Notes: generated from the sequence alone by a model not told the origin. Shown: positions 6,927 through 15,653, numbered from the stretch's first letter. The stretch: DNA of 17,782 nt from an uncultured Clostridia bacterium (GCA_937907055.1 CALCTW010000066.1:1-17782); one strand, 5' to 3'. Numbers and translations are program-made.

Positions 6927-7880
6927 TTACTCGCCGTAGGCAGCGTAATCCTCGGGAACGGTGAAGCCGATCGCCGCAGCGAAAGCGGGATTGTATTCCT
7001 TCACAGCGTTGGGAGAATAAGCGATCTCCATGGTGGCGATATCAGCGCCGTTGACCAGGATCTCGTAAGCCATTTCACCGGTGATGTAGCCGATGTCATA
7101 GTAGCTGATGGAAACGGTGGCCAGACCGCCGACAGCCATCATGTTTTCTTCACCGCAGATGACGGGCAGCTTGGCGGGTTCGCAGATGTTGGAAACGATG
7201 GTCATGTTGGCGGCAGCGGTGTTATCGGTGGGGATATACAGCGCGTCGATGCCATCGCCGACCAGACCGCTCAGCACGATCTGCATGTCGTTGGAATCAG
7301 CGAAGGTAGCCACAACGCATTCCACACCGTAGGCAGTCATTTCAGCGATGAATCCGTCTGCCTGCACGATGGAGTTGGGCTCGGCAGAGCAGTAGAACAC
7401 GCCGACCTTCTTGGCCTCGGGAACGAGTTCCATCAGGCACTCGGCGTACAGCTTGGGAGAAACACCGTCAGAGGTACCGGAAACATTGAAACCGGTGCCG
7501 CCGGCAACAGATTCCAGATCCAGCGCGGTGGCATAGTCGGTAACGGAGGTGCCCAGAACGGGGATGGTGAAGGTGGCGTTCATGCAGGCCTGCAGAGCAG
7601 GGGTGGCATTGGCCATGATCAGATCATACTTGTTGGCGACGAAACCGGTGGCGATAACGGCGCACTGCGCGGATTCGCCCTGCGCGTTCTGCTCGTCAAA
7701 AATGACGGCATCGCCCAGCTTTTCGGTCAGAGCATCACGGAAGCCCTTGGTGGCGGCGTCCAGCGCGTTGTGCTGAACCAGCTGCAGGATACCGACGTGG
7801 TAGGTAGTGCCTTCGGCCATGGCGGGAACGAGGGCCAGCACCATGCAAAGTGCCAGAACGAGAGCGGCAATCTTCTTCAT
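6927..7880 (-). CDS. ABC transporter substrate-binding protein (ABC_sub_bind/COG2984-type), secreted
   Basis: Track ORF of 317 aa with signal peptide MKKIAALVLALCMVLALVPAMA. The mature start, EGTTYHVGILQLVQHNALD, is typical of this family. AAGGAGG lies 9 nt upstream. Confidence 0.9.
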   Translation of the reverse strand: MKKIAALVLALCMVLALVPAMAEGTTYHVGILQLVQHNALDAATKGFRDALTEKLGDAVIFDEQNAQGESAQCAVIATGFVANKYDLIMANATPALQACMNATFTIPVLGTSVTDYATALDLESVAGGTGFNVSGTSDGVSPKLYAECLMELVPEAKKVGVFYCSAEPNSIVQADGFIAEMTAYGVECVVATFADSNDMQIVLSGLVGDGIDALYIPTDNTAAANMTIVSNICEPAKLPVICGEENMMAVGGLATVSISYYDIGYITGEMAYEILVNGADIATMEIAYSPNAVKEYNPAFAAAIGFTVPEDYAAYGE

Positions 7881-7900
7881 AGAGAATTTCCTCCTTCAAT

Positions 7901-7922
7901 AACAGCGGATACTCCGCTATTG
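7901..7922 (-). promoter_or_regulatory. 5'-UTR stem-loop immediately upstream of the binding-protein RBS
   Basis: Minus strand reads AATAGCGGA-gta-TCCGCTGTT (9 bp including one G-U pair). It lies between the predicted transcription start and the SD. Confidence 0.4.
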
Positions 7923-7930
7923 TCAGCATC

Positions 7931-7959
7931 AGTTTATCTTCTCAAATAAATGATGTCAA
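7931..7959 (-). promoter_or_regulatory. Candidate promoter of the ABC importer operon (-35 TTGACA, 17 nt, -10 TAAACT)
   Basis: On the minus strand, TTGACA is the complement of 7954-7959 and TAAACT the complement of 7931-7936. The -35 matches the consensus and the spacing is exact. Confidence 0.5.
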
Positions 7960-8075
7960 TCCAACTTGTGCGAAAGGACAAAAGGAAAACAATAAATGGG
8001 CAAGCCTCTCCTCTTTCAGTCCGTATTGCCTGAAAGATACGGGCATGTCCGGGGGTGGTGTTTTGAACCGATCCA

Positions 8076-8084
8076 TGTTATAAT
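8076..8084 (+). promoter_or_regulatory. Extended -10 promoter element (TGtTATAAT) for rqcH
   Basis: TGTTATAAT at 8076-8084, 25 nt upstream of the ATG, with AGGAGG at 8097-8102. There is no good -35. The same 11-mer, TGTTATAATAG, occurs upstream of pfkA. Confidence 0.4.
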
Positions 8085-8108
8085 AGGAAAGCAATAAGGA
8101 GGCTTCGT

Positions 8109-9863
8109 ATGCCCTTAGACGGAATGACGCTCGGCCTGATGGCCGGAGAACTGGACGAACTGCTTCGCGGCGGGAAGATCGAGAAGATCACTCAGCCCGA
8201 AAAGGATACTGTGATCCTGCTGGTGCATGCCGGCGGAAAAAATCATAAATTGCTGCTGTGCGCCGCGCCTTCTTTCGCGCGCGCGCATATTACGACAGGC
8301 GATTATGTCAACCCGGTCAACGCCCCCATGTTCTGCATGCTGCTGCGCAAGCATCTGGGAAGCGCCCGGATCAGCAGCATCACGCAGTACGCGGGGGATC
8401 GTGTACTGGTGATCCGCTTTGACTGCACCAATGAACTGGGCGACCCTGTGCAGAAGGCGCTATGGCTGGAGATCATGGGGCATCACAGCAATCTGACCTT
8501 TGTCAATGAGAATGGTGTGATCGTCGACGCGGTGCGTCACGTGGGCTATGATATGAGCCGCGTGCGTCAGGCGCTGCCCGGCGTTCATTTTGTGCCGCCG
8601 CCGCTGCAGGACAAAGCCATCCTGGCGGAACTGGACGCGTCCTTGCTCCATTCGCAGATCAGCACCTTCGAGGGCACACTGAAGCAGGCGCTGCAAAACA
8701 GGATCCGCGGCCTCTCCGCGTGCACGGCCAATGAGCTTTCCTTCCGGCTGAGCGGCTTCACAGCAAGCCCCGCCGCGGCGGAGTTCACATTGGACGACGC
8801 GGAACGGCTGAAAGCCCTGTGGGAGCGTCTCACGGCATCCCCCGCGCCGCGCGTAATGATCAATGACGAGGATCTGCCCGGCGATCTGTTGGCATTTGAG
8901 CATTATACCCTGAGCAGCGAAAAACAAAAGCCCGTTCCTTCCCTGTCCGCCGCGGCAGACAGCGTTTTTGGCGGCCGCGACAAGCAGGACCGGCAGCGCC
9001 AGCGCTCCATCAGCCTTAGAAAACTGATCAGAAACGCCATCGAGCGCGAAGAAAAGAAGCTGCAGCTGCAGCGCGAGGAAGAGGCCTTCGGCAGCAAGGC
9101 GGACACCTGGCGTATCTACGGAGAGCTGCTCAACGCGCAGCTGTATCTTGTGCAGCGCGGCGCGGAGCGCGCGCAGGTGCAGGATTTTTACAGTGAGGAC
9201 GGCGGCATGATCGAGATCCCGCTGGACAAAACGCTTTCTCCCGCGCAGAACGCGCAGAAATATTTCAAAAAATACCGCAAGGCCATGGGGGCCGCGCAGA
9301 GCGCCAGGGAGCAGATCAGCCGCACACTGCGCGCGATCACGCTGCTGGAAAATGTACTGGATGATCTGGACAAGTGCGAGACGGAAAACGACCTGAGCGA
9401 GGTGCGTTCTCTGCTGGCTGAAAACGGCTACATTAAAAAAGAAAAAGAGGTCAAGGGCAAAAAGAAGGAAACACCCGGCAAACAGATGATCTTCTTTTCT
9501 CCCACCGGCCACATCGTGGAGGTGGGCAAGAACAGCCTGCAAAACGAGCGCGTGACCTTCTCGGGCCGCGCGGGCGATCTGTGGCTGCACGCCAAGGATA
9601 TTCCCGGCAGCCATGTCCTGATCCGCCGCGGCGAAAGCGATATCACCGATGCCGATATCCTGTTCGGCGCCAAGCTGGCTTCCTTCTATTCCAGCCGGCA
9701 CGGGCACGGCGTTCAGGTGGATTATACCGACAAGCGCAACGTAAAAAAGCCCTCCGGCGCGCCGCACGGTTTTGTTACCTACACCGGACAGCATTCCCTG
9801 CTGGTGGATTGCTCCGCCGCCGAAGCAGAGCAGTTCAGCACCGCCCGCGACCGTAAAAACTGA
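8109..9863 (+). CDS. rqcH: Ribosome quality-control protein RqcH (NFACT/FbpA family, Rqc2 homolog)
   Basis: Track ORF of 584 aa. The N-terminus MPLDGMTLGLMAGELDELLRGGKIEKITQPEKDTVILLV...NAPMFCMLLRKHL...GDRVLVIRF has the conserved NFACT-N Asp-Arg pair. There is a central coiled-coil region and a C-terminal DUF814-like region (LWLHAKDIPGSHVLIR). Confidence 0.9.
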   Translation: MPLDGMTLGLMAGELDELLRGGKIEKITQPEKDTVILLVHAGGKNHKLLLCAAPSFARAHITTGDYVNPVNAPMFCMLLRKHLGSARISSITQYAGDRVLVIRFDCTNELGDPVQKALWLEIMGHHSNLTFVNENGVIVDAVRHVGYDMSRVRQALPGVHFVPPPLQDKAILAELDASLLHSQISTFEGTLKQALQNRIRGLSACTANELSFRLSGFTASPAAAEFTLDDAERLKALWERLTASPAPRVMINDEDLPGDLLAFEHYTLSSEKQKPVPSLSAAADSVFGGRDKQDRQRQRSISLRKLIRNAIEREEKKLQLQREEEAFGSKADTWRIYGELLNAQLYLVQRGAERAQVQDFYSEDGGMIEIPLDKTLSPAQNAQKYFKKYRKAMGAAQSAREQISRTLRAITLLENVLDDLDKCETENDLSEVRSLLAENGYIKKEKEVKGKKKETPGKQMIFFSPTGHIVEVGKNSLQNERVTFSGRAGDLWLHAKDIPGSHVLIRRGESDITDADILFGAKLASFYSSRHGHGVQVDYTDKRNVKKPSGAPHGFVTYTGQHSLLVDCSAAEAEQFSTARDRKN

Positions 9864-9883
9864 TCCCGATCTCTGTCCAAGCC

Positions 9884-9912
9884 TTGACGGTTTGGGCAGG
9901 GAAGCATAAAAT
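9884..9912 (+). promoter_or_regulatory. Candidate promoter for udk (-35 TTGACG, 17 nt, -10 TAAAAT)
   Basis: TTGACG at 9884-9889 and TAAAAT at 9907-9912. No terminator is visible between rqcH and udk, so read-through from rqcH is also possible. Confidence 0.45.
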
Positions 9913-9950
9913 ATGAAGATGAAAACCCGGCAACAGCAGGAGGTATCGTT

Positions 9951-10610
9951 ATGATCGTTCTCGGTATCTGCGGCGCCAGCGGCTCCGGAAAGACCACGCT
10001 CGCCCACGAGCTGGTCAAGGAGATCGGCGAGAACGCCGTTGTGATCAATCAGGATACATACTATCTGGATCACCCCGATCTTTCCTTTGAGGAACGCTGC
10101 AAGCTCAATTATGACGAGCCCTACATCTTTGATCACGATCTGCTCTACAGCGATATCGTGTCCCTTACCGAAGGACGCGCCATCTACCGCAAGGGCTATG
10201 ACTTTGCCACCCACCGCCGCTGCGACACACAGGAACTGATCCGTCCCGCGCAGGTCGTGATCGTGGAAGGTATCCATTGCTTCTATGATAAGCGTCTGTG
10301 CGATCTGATGTTCCTCCGGATGTTCGTACAGGTAGAGCCGGATGAATGCCTGCTCCGCCGCATCTCCCGCGATATCAAGGAACGCGGCCGCGACATCGAT
10401 TCCATCGGTCAGCAGTACCTTTCCACTGTCAAACCCATGTATGAGCGTTATATCCGTAACTACATCCATGAAGCGGATGTGGTGGTCACCAAGGGCGGCA
10501 AGAACGCCACGATCGTATCCATCTTAGGAGGTTATCTGAAAAATGAACTGGAAAAAGAGCGCAGCGACAATACTGCTGATCTCGGCCCTGCTGAGCGGAG
10601 CGATCGCTGA
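9951..10610 (+). CDS. udk: Uridine kinase
   Basis: Track ORF of 219 aa with P-loop GICGASGSGKTT, plus NQDTYY, NYDEP, VIVEGI and RRISRDIKERGR motifs. AGGAGG lies 8 nt upstream. The last 22 codons overlap the next gene. Confidence 0.9.
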   Translation: MIVLGICGASGSGKTTLAHELVKEIGENAVVINQDTYYLDHPDLSFEERCKLNYDEPYIFDHDLLYSDIVSLTEGRAIYRKGYDFATHRRCDTQELIRPAQVVIVEGIHCFYDKRLCDLMFLRMFVQVEPDECLLRRISRDIKERGRDIDSIGQQYLSTVKPMYERYIRNYIHEADVVVTKGGKNATIVSILGGYLKNELEKERSDNTADLGPAERSDR

Positions 10611-11568
10611 AGAGCCTTCCGTTCCCGAAGTCCCGGAGGCCACCGCGGAAGCCGCGATCGCCATTCAGGGCGAATATGACGAAAACGGCGTATATCATCT
10701 GCCGGACGGCCGCACCTCCCTGTATGTCGTCAAGGAGGGCGAGGAGAACCCCTTCCTGTCCGAAGGCATGATGAGCGTCTCAGCCGATCGCTATCAGGAT
10801 GAAAACATGTGCATCACCATCTCAAGCGACCGCTACACCACCTTCACCACCGTGAAGAAAAAAGAGATGCGTTCCTCCGCCATCTATTGCGTGGCGGATA
10901 TCTACATCCGGGATCTGAGCAGCATGCAGCGCGTGTACGCGAGCGGCAAGTTTGGCAACACCAGCGACAAAGTCGCCACGATGGCCACCAAAAATAACGC
11001 CATTCTGGCTGTGAACGGCGATTACGCCAGTGAGATCTCTCAGGGCGTGGTCATCGCGAACGGCGTTGTCAAGCGCAAGACCCGCAATCAGAAGCGCGAT
11101 ATGGGCGTCATCTGGACGGATGGTTCCTTCAGCGTGATCCCCTACGGCACGAAGGATGATTATGCCGCCATGCTGAAGAACGGCATCCTCGGCGAAGACA
11201 ACGTATGGCAGCTGTTCCTGTTCGGGCCCAGCCTGCTGGATGAAGAAGGAAACGCCCTCCCGTTTGAGGTGATCGACAAGAAGACCAGCGTGGGCGTGGC
11301 CAATCCCCGTACCATCTTCGGATATTATGAACCGGGTCATTACTGCATCGTGGTCTGCGAGGGCCGTACGAACAGTTCCCTCGGCTGGCGTCTGGAAGCC
11401 GCCGCGATCTTCATGAGTGAGCTGGGCTGCAAGGGCGCTTACAATCTGGACGGCGGCCAGTCCTCTCAGCTCTGGTTCAACGGCGCCATGGTCAACAATC
11501 CCTACAAAAACGGGCGCAAGGTCAACGACATCCTTATCTTCACAGCACCGGCTGTGAATGAAGAATAA
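10543..11568 (+). CDS. Secreted phosphodiester glycosidase family protein (NAGPA/DUF2233-like)
   Basis: Track ORF of 341 aa with signal peptide MNWKKSAATILLISALLSGAIA. The motifs AILAVNGDY and AYNLDGGQSS are characteristic of the family. TAGGAGG lies 10 nt upstream. Confidence 0.85.
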   Translation: MNWKKSAATILLISALLSGAIAEEPSVPEVPEATAEAAIAIQGEYDENGVYHLPDGRTSLYVVKEGEENPFLSEGMMSVSADRYQDENMCITISSDRYTTFTTVKKKEMRSSAIYCVADIYIRDLSSMQRVYASGKFGNTSDKVATMATKNNAILAVNGDYASEISQGVVIANGVVKRKTRNQKRDMGVIWTDGSFSVIPYGTKDDYAAMLKNGILGEDNVWQLFLFGPSLLDEEGNALPFEVIDKKTSVGVANPRTIFGYYEPGHYCIVVCEGRTNSSLGWRLEAAAIFMSELGCKGAYNLDGGQSSQLWFNGAMVNNPYKNGRKVNDILIFTAPAVNEE

Positions 11569-11592
11569 CTGCATAAAGGAAGGGTAACCCAT

Positions 11593-12126
11593 ATGGCGAA
11601 CATCTGGCACAACGTATCCCCCAAGCGTATCACCCCGAAGGATTTTCTGGCTGTCATCGAGATCACCAAGGGCAGCAAGAAGAAATATGAGCTGGACAAG
11701 GAAACCGGTTTTCTGATCCTGGACCGCATCCTGTACACCTCCACCCACTATCCCGCCAACTACGGCTTCATTCCCCGCACGCTGGGCGACGACCATGACC
11801 CGCTGGATGTGCTGGTGCTCTGCTCCGAGCCACTGGAGCCGCTGACCACCGTGCGTGTCTTCCCCATCGGCATGATCAGCATGGTGGATAACGGCCGCAA
11901 CGATGAAAAGATCATCGCCGTGCCCTTCAACGATCCCACCTACAACCACTACACCAATATCGATCAGCTGCCTTCCCACGTCTTCGATGAAATGCGCCAC
12001 TTCTTCCAGGTGTACAAGAACCTTGAAAACAAGACCACCGTGGTCAACGAGGTGAGCGGCCCGGATGACGCTGTCAAGACCATCGGCGAAGCCATTGACC
12101 GCTACGTTGAAAACTTCTGTCGCTGA
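11593..12126 (+). CDS. ppa: Inorganic pyrophosphatase, family I
   Basis: Track ORF of 177 aa. The motifs [26 protein letters not shown] and DPLDVLV are canonical for family I PPases. Confidence 0.93.
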   Translation: MANIWHNVSPKRITPKDFLAVIEITKGSKKKYELDKETGFLILDRILYTSTHYPANYGFIPRTLGDDHDPLDVLVLCSEPLEPLTTVRVFPIGMISMVDNGRNDEKIIAVPFNDPTYNHYTNIDQLPSHVFDEMRHFFQVYKNLENKTTVVNEVSGPDDAVKTIGEAIDRYVENFCR

Positions 12127-12129
12127 CAC

Positions 12130-12155
12130 AAAGGGCTTCTCAAAGCCCTTTTTTG
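12130..12155 (+). terminator. Rho-independent terminator after ppa
   Basis: AAAGGGCTT-ctca-AAGCCCTTT followed by TTTG, starting 4 nt after the ppa stop. Confidence 0.75.
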
Positions 12156-12183
12156 ATAATACGATCTTTATGAAGGAGCATGT

Positions 12184-12870
12184 ATGCGCATCATATTTGT
12201 ACGCCATGGTGAGCCCAATTACGAAAAAGACTGCCTGACGGAGACCGGCAAACAGCAGGCGCAGGCCTGCGCGGAGCGGCTGAAGCACGAAACGATCCGC
12301 GCGGTATACGCCTCCTCCAACGGCCGCGCGCAGGAAACAGCCCGCTATTCCGCCGATCTGCGCGGCCTGCCCGTGCAGACCCTGCCGTGGATGCACGAGA
12401 TCGACTGGGGCGATCCGGACGGCAAGATTCCGCTGGAAGGCCACCCCTGGACGCTTTCGCTGATGATGGCTGAAGAAGAGGATATCGCGCTGGCCGATCC
12501 CTGCTGGGAAAAGCATCGTTATTTTAATGGAAACAAGTGCGTGGAATATCAGCAGATGATCAGTGGCAAGCTGGATGAACTGCTGCTGCAGTACGGCTAC
12601 ACCCGCGAGGGGACCCGTTATCGCTGCGAACAGAACGCCTCTGATGAGACGATCCTGCTGGCTTCTCACGGCGGCAGCGGCGCCTGCGCGCTGGCACATC
12701 TGCTCAATCTGCCCTTCCCCTATCTGTGCGCGGTCATGCCGTATGATTTTACTTCCGTCACTATCCTGAACATTCCCCGCCGTCCGGGGCAGTTCGCGCT
12801 GCCTCAGCTGGAATTGTTCAACGACTGCGCCCATATCCACACACAGGGCGGCCCAACCTTCGGAAAATAA
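12184..12870 (+). CDS. Histidine phosphatase (phosphoglycerate mutase-like) family protein
   Basis: Track ORF of 228 aa. The N-terminal MRIIFVRHGEPNY carries the RHG catalytic motif, followed by SSNGRAQETA and a distal SHGG. GAAGGAG lies 7 nt upstream. Confidence 0.85.
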   Translation: MRIIFVRHGEPNYEKDCLTETGKQQAQACAERLKHETIRAVYASSNGRAQETARYSADLRGLPVQTLPWMHEIDWGDPDGKIPLEGHPWTLSLMMAEEEDIALADPCWEKHRYFNGNKCVEYQQMISGKLDELLLQYGYTREGTRYRCEQNASDETILLASHGGSGACALAHLLNLPFPYLCAVMPYDFTSVTILNIPRRPGQFALPQLELFNDCAHIHTQGGPTFGK

Positions 12871-12943
12871 GCGTTTTGTAACTATTTACATCTGCATTTT
12901 CAGCGTTTTTTGTCTTTTTTCTATAGAATATTGTCATTGTTCG

Positions 12944-12952
12944 TGTTATAAT
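12944..12952 (+). promoter_or_regulatory. Extended -10 promoter element (TGtTATAAT) for pfkA
   Basis: TGTTATAAT at 12944-12952 in an AT-rich spacer, about 70 nt upstream of the ATG. It shares the 11-mer seen at rqcH. Confidence 0.4.
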
Positions 12953-13022
12953 AGCCGCTGTGCATACGGCAAACCCGTATCACGCTGTGGATTCATCAAA
13001 CTTTCTCAAGGAGTGTTATATT

Positions 13023-14072
13023 ATGTCCAATATCGCAGTACTTACCAGCGGCGGCGACAGCCCCGGAATGAACGCGGCCGTTCTGTCCGTTGCCAGAAAC
13101 GCTGCCTATTACGGCATGTCCCTCATCGGCATCAAGCACGGATATAACGGTCTTCTTGGCCGCAGTGAAAATCCCGAGGATGATTTCACCAAACTGAATC
13201 TGGATACGCTTCTGGATATCGCGGATCTGCCCGGCACCTATCTGCGTACCGCGCGCTGCCGTGAATTCCTGGATCCCGCCGTACGCGAAAAAGCCGCGAG
13301 GACGCTGCGTCAGCTGGATGTCAGCGGTCTGGTGGTCATCGGCGGCGACGGTTCCTTCCACGGCGCGCAGCGTCTGTGCGAACTGGGCATCCCCTGCATC
13401 GGTATTCCCGGCACCATCGATAACGACCTGGCCTACACCGAGATGACCCTCGGTTATGATACCGCCGTCAATGTGTGCGTGGACGCCGTCCGCGCCATCC
13501 GTGCCACCTCCCGTTCTCACGATCGTCCCCACGTTGTTGAGGTCATGGGCCGCAACTGCGGTGACATCGCGCTGACCACCGCCGTCTCCACCGGTTCCGA
13601 GATCGTCATCGTTCCCGAAGCCAAGTGGAAGGTGGATGATATCGCCAACCGCCTCAACAAGCTGATCGCCATGGGCAACACCCGCGCGACCATCGTGGTG
13701 GCTGAAGGCTGCTGGGAAAGCATGGCTCCCTTCGATGTGTACAAGTTCCTGCTGCCCTACGGCAAGCAGGTCTATCAGGGCGAACCCATGACCAGCAATC
13801 GTCTGGCCAGCGTGCTCAAGCGCAAGTGCGGCATGGTGGAAGTGCGCAACACTGTCATCGGCTACACCCAGCGCGGCGCCACCCCCACCGCCCGTGACAG
13901 CGCTTTCGCCTTTGAAGCCGGCGCGGCTGCCATTCAGCTGCTCAAAAACGGCATCGGCAACCAGGTCATCGGCGTCAAGAACGGCCGCACCTTCTCCATC
14001 GGCATCGATGAAGCCCTGGCGCAGAAGCAGCGCTTCAACAAAAAGCTCTATAATCTGGTCAACACCCTGTAA
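13023..14072 (+). CDS. pfkA: ATP-dependent 6-phosphofructokinase
   Basis: Track ORF 12960..14072 starts at a GTG with no RBS. I trimmed it to the ATG at 13023 (MSNIAVLTSGGDSPGMNAAV...), which has AAGGAG 9 nt upstream. Motifs: GGDSPGMNA, IGGDGS, PGTIDND, MGRNCGDIAL. Confidence 0.9.
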   Translation: MSNIAVLTSGGDSPGMNAAVLSVARNAAYYGMSLIGIKHGYNGLLGRSENPEDDFTKLNLDTLLDIADLPGTYLRTARCREFLDPAVREKAARTLRQLDVSGLVVIGGDGSFHGAQRLCELGIPCIGIPGTIDNDLAYTEMTLGYDTAVNVCVDAVRAIRATSRSHDRPHVVEVMGRNCGDIALTTAVSTGSEIVIVPEAKWKVDDIANRLNKLIAMGNTRATIVVAEGCWESMAPFDVYKFLLPYGKQVYQGEPMTSNRLASVLKRKCGMVEVRNTVIGYTQRGATPTARDSAFAFEAGAAAIQLLKNGIGNQVIGVKNGRTFSIGIDEALAQKQRFNKKLYNLVNTL

Positions 14073-14087
14073 GGTGGACCGGTCCGC

Positions 14088-14120
14088 GGCGTATCCATCC
14101 GGATGCGCCGTTTTTCTTTC
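14088..14120 (+). terminator. Rho-independent terminator after pfkA
   Basis: GGCGTATCC-atcc-GGATGCGCC (9 bp including one G-U pair) followed by GTTTTTCTTTC. Confidence 0.65.
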
Positions 14121-14148
14121 TTCATCGTCATCAATCAGGAGGAAATTC

Positions 14149-14853
14149 ATGTTTCAGGATCAGGTAGTCGTTGTCACCGGCGGCGCGCACGGGATCGGTC
14201 TGTGCATCGCGGAATCATTCCGTCAGCAGGGCGCGAAGGTCTGCGTGATCGATATCCGCGAAGGGGATCATTACGTGGGCGATATCAGCAAAAAGGAAGT
14301 GCTGGAGCAGTTCGCGCGGCACGTGATCGAAAAATACGGACATGTGGATCATCTGATCAACAATGCTGTCCCGCTCATGAAGGGACTGCAGGAATGCACT
14401 TATGAGGAATTCCAGTACGCCCTTGCCGTGGGCGTCACCGCCCCCTTCTATCTCACCAAGCTGTTTGCCCCTTATTTCGCGAAAAACGCGTCGGTGATCA
14501 ACATTTCCTCCTCGCGGGACCGTATGAGCCAGCCGCAGACCGAAAGCTACACCGCGGCCAAGGGCGGCATCGCGGCGCTGACGCACGCGCTGGCTGTCAG
14601 TCTGGCCGGGAGGGTGCGGGTCAATTCCATCTCCCCCGGCTGGATCGATACCGATTATACCGAGTACACCGGTCCGGATGCCGATCAGCAGCCCTGCGGA
14701 CGTGTGGGCAATCCGAAGGACATCGCGGAAATGGTGCTCTTCCTGTGCAGTGAAAAAGCCGGCTTCATTGACGGCGAAAACATCACCATCGACGGCGGAC
14801 AGACCCGCCTGATGATCTATCATAACGATCATGGATGGCACCTGGACGCCTGA
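14149..14853 (+). CDS. Short-chain dehydrogenase/reductase (SDR) family oxidoreductase
   Basis: Track ORF 13894..14853, trimmed to the ATG at 14149 (MFQDQVVVVTGGAHGIGL...), with AGGAGG 7 nt upstream. It has the TGGxxGIG cofactor motif, NNA, and the catalytic S...YTAAK. Confidence 0.9.
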   Translation: MFQDQVVVVTGGAHGIGLCIAESFRQQGAKVCVIDIREGDHYVGDISKKEVLEQFARHVIEKYGHVDHLINNAVPLMKGLQECTYEEFQYALAVGVTAPFYLTKLFAPYFAKNASVINISSSRDRMSQPQTESYTAAKGGIAALTHALAVSLAGRVRVNSISPGWIDTDYTEYTGPDADQQPCGRVGNPKDIAEMVLFLCSEKAGFIDGENITIDGGQTRLMIYHNDHGWHLDA

Positions 14854-14860
14854 ACAAATA

Positions 14861-14910
14861 AAAAGAGGCTGTGATAGAACACATCTGTTCCTTCACAGCC
14901 TCTTTTGTTT
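14861..14910. terminator. Bidirectional terminator shared by the convergent SDR and DUF218 genes
   Basis: AAAAGAGGCTGTGA (14861-14874) pairs with TCACAGCCTCTTTT (14893-14906). There are T-tracts on both strands, and the loop has an inner GAACA/TGTTC pairing. Confidence 0.7.
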
Positions 14911-14913
14911 GCT

Positions 14914-15519
14914 TCAGACCTCAAAATCCGGGATCACGCCGTTTTTCACATACATGATCAGATTTCTGGCTTCGTTATTGATCAGTTTGACACCTTCGGG
15001 GATCTCCTGCCAGTGCTCCCGTCCGCCGCGCGGATCCTCCGCGGGACAGGGGCTGACCTCGATATGCCTCGGGAAAAAGTACCGCGCGATCTGCAGCGCG
15101 CGCCGCATATGGAACGGCGCGGTCACCAGCAGCACACGCTCCACCCGGTTCAGCATCACCTCACGCTGCAATACCAGCATGGCGCACAGGATGTTTTCGA
15201 TCGTATTGACGTAGGTATTCTCCACCCAGATGTCCTCTTCCGGCACGCCCATCCCGATCGCGGTCAGGCTCATATGATCCGCCTCGCTGACGGTATGCCC
15301 GGGCGTGGTCGTCGTGATCCCGCCGCACATCATGATCTTCGGCGCGCGTCCGGCCTGATAAGCCGCGACAGCCGACGGCACGCGGTTCCGCATGGCTTTT
15401 CCGCTGCCAAGCACCATGATGCAGTCCGCGCTCTTTCCCTGATCCTCCAGCCCTTCAAACAACAGCCGGTCAAGGATCTCCGGTGTCAGCTGCTCTTCGT
15501 CGATCTCGCTCACCCACAT
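14914..15519 (-). CDS. YdcF/DUF218 (ElyC/SanA-like) family protein
   Basis: Track ORF of 201 aa. The pattern IMVLGSG...CGG...E...LLVTAPFHMRRA is typical of DUF218. GGAGGG lies 9 nt upstream. Confidence 0.85.
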   Translation of the reverse strand: MWVSEIDEEQLTPEILDRLLFEGLEDQGKSADCIMVLGSGKAMRNRVPSAVAAYQAGRAPKIMMCGGITTTTPGHTVSEADHMSLTAIGMGVPEEDIWVENTYVNTIENILCAMLVLQREVMLNRVERVLLVTAPFHMRRALQIARYFFPRHIEVSPCPAEDPRGGREHWQEIPEGVKLINNEARNLIMYVKNGVIPDFEV

Positions 15520-15551
15520 ACCTGTTTTCCCTCCATTTCCTTCCTCTTTTC

Positions 15552-15579
15552 ATTATACACACGGAGGTCAGGTTTTCAA
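15552..15579 (-). promoter_or_regulatory. Candidate promoter for the DUF218 gene (-35 TTGAAA, 16 nt, -10 TATAAT)
   Basis: On the minus strand, TTGAAA is the complement of 15574-15579 and TATAAT the complement of 15552-15557. Confidence 0.5.
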
Positions 15580-15615
15580 TATCGCGTCTTTTCTTTTATC
15601 TTCTGTCATTCAGCG

Positions 15616-15653
15616 AAACAAAAAAACAGAGCGAAGGTCTCCCTCCGCTCTGT
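15616..15653 (-). terminator. Rho-independent terminator of the ABC exporter operon
   Basis: Minus strand reads ACAGAGCG-(12-nt loop)-CGCTCTGT followed by TTTTTTTGTTT, about 11 nt after the permease stop. Confidence 0.75.

Noticed and set aside
8053-8059. GGGTGGT resembling the core of a T-box motif in the divergent spacer next to an ABC importer of a family that is sometimes T-box regulated
   Set aside because: It is on the + strand, the wrong strand for the importer operon. Only 7 nt match. No specifier-loop or terminator/antiterminator architecture fits into the leader of about 45 nt predicted from the TTGACA-17-TAAACT promoter.
7881-8108. The strand-switch point (divergent genes) as a possible replication origin
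   Set aside because: I saw no DnaA-box-like TTATCCACA or TGTGGATAA sequences and no AT-rich unwinding element. The 228-nt spacer is fully accounted for by two promoters and leaders.
9913-9954. 13-codon upstream ORF (MKMKTRQQQEVSL) ending in an ATGA overlap with the udk start
   Set aside because: Its ATG lies at or upstream of the transcription start predicted from the TTGACG-17-TAAAAT promoter. It has no SD, and the udk SD lies inside it. It is most likely coincidental.
8460-10469. 669-aa minus-strand ORF spanning rqcH, the rqcH-udk spacer and udk
   Set aside because: It is exactly codon-aligned antisense to rqcH and udk, which share a frame. It therefore stays open simply because the sense genes almost never use TTA, CTA or TCA codons. 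Its product is low-complexity (rich in A, G, R, L, Q, D), has no RBS, and matches no recognisable family. The sense genes have unmistakable family motifs.
10822-12840. 672-aa minus-strand ORF spanning three genes (glycosidase, ppa, histidine phosphatase)
   Set aside because: This is the same artefact. All three sense genes share one frame, and the ORF is their codon-aligned antisense shadow, crossing two short spacers by chance. It has no RBS and no motifs, and its composition is typical of GC-rich antisense frames.
9951-14072. A run of phosphate-handling genes (uridine kinase, phosphodiester glycosidase, pyrophosphatase, histidine phosphatase, phosphofructokinase) as a possible functional system
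   Set aside because: These are housekeeping enzymes of unrelated pathways. They are separated by their own promoters and terminators (after ppa, before pfkA), and one product is secreted. The shared chemistry is too generic to imply a system.
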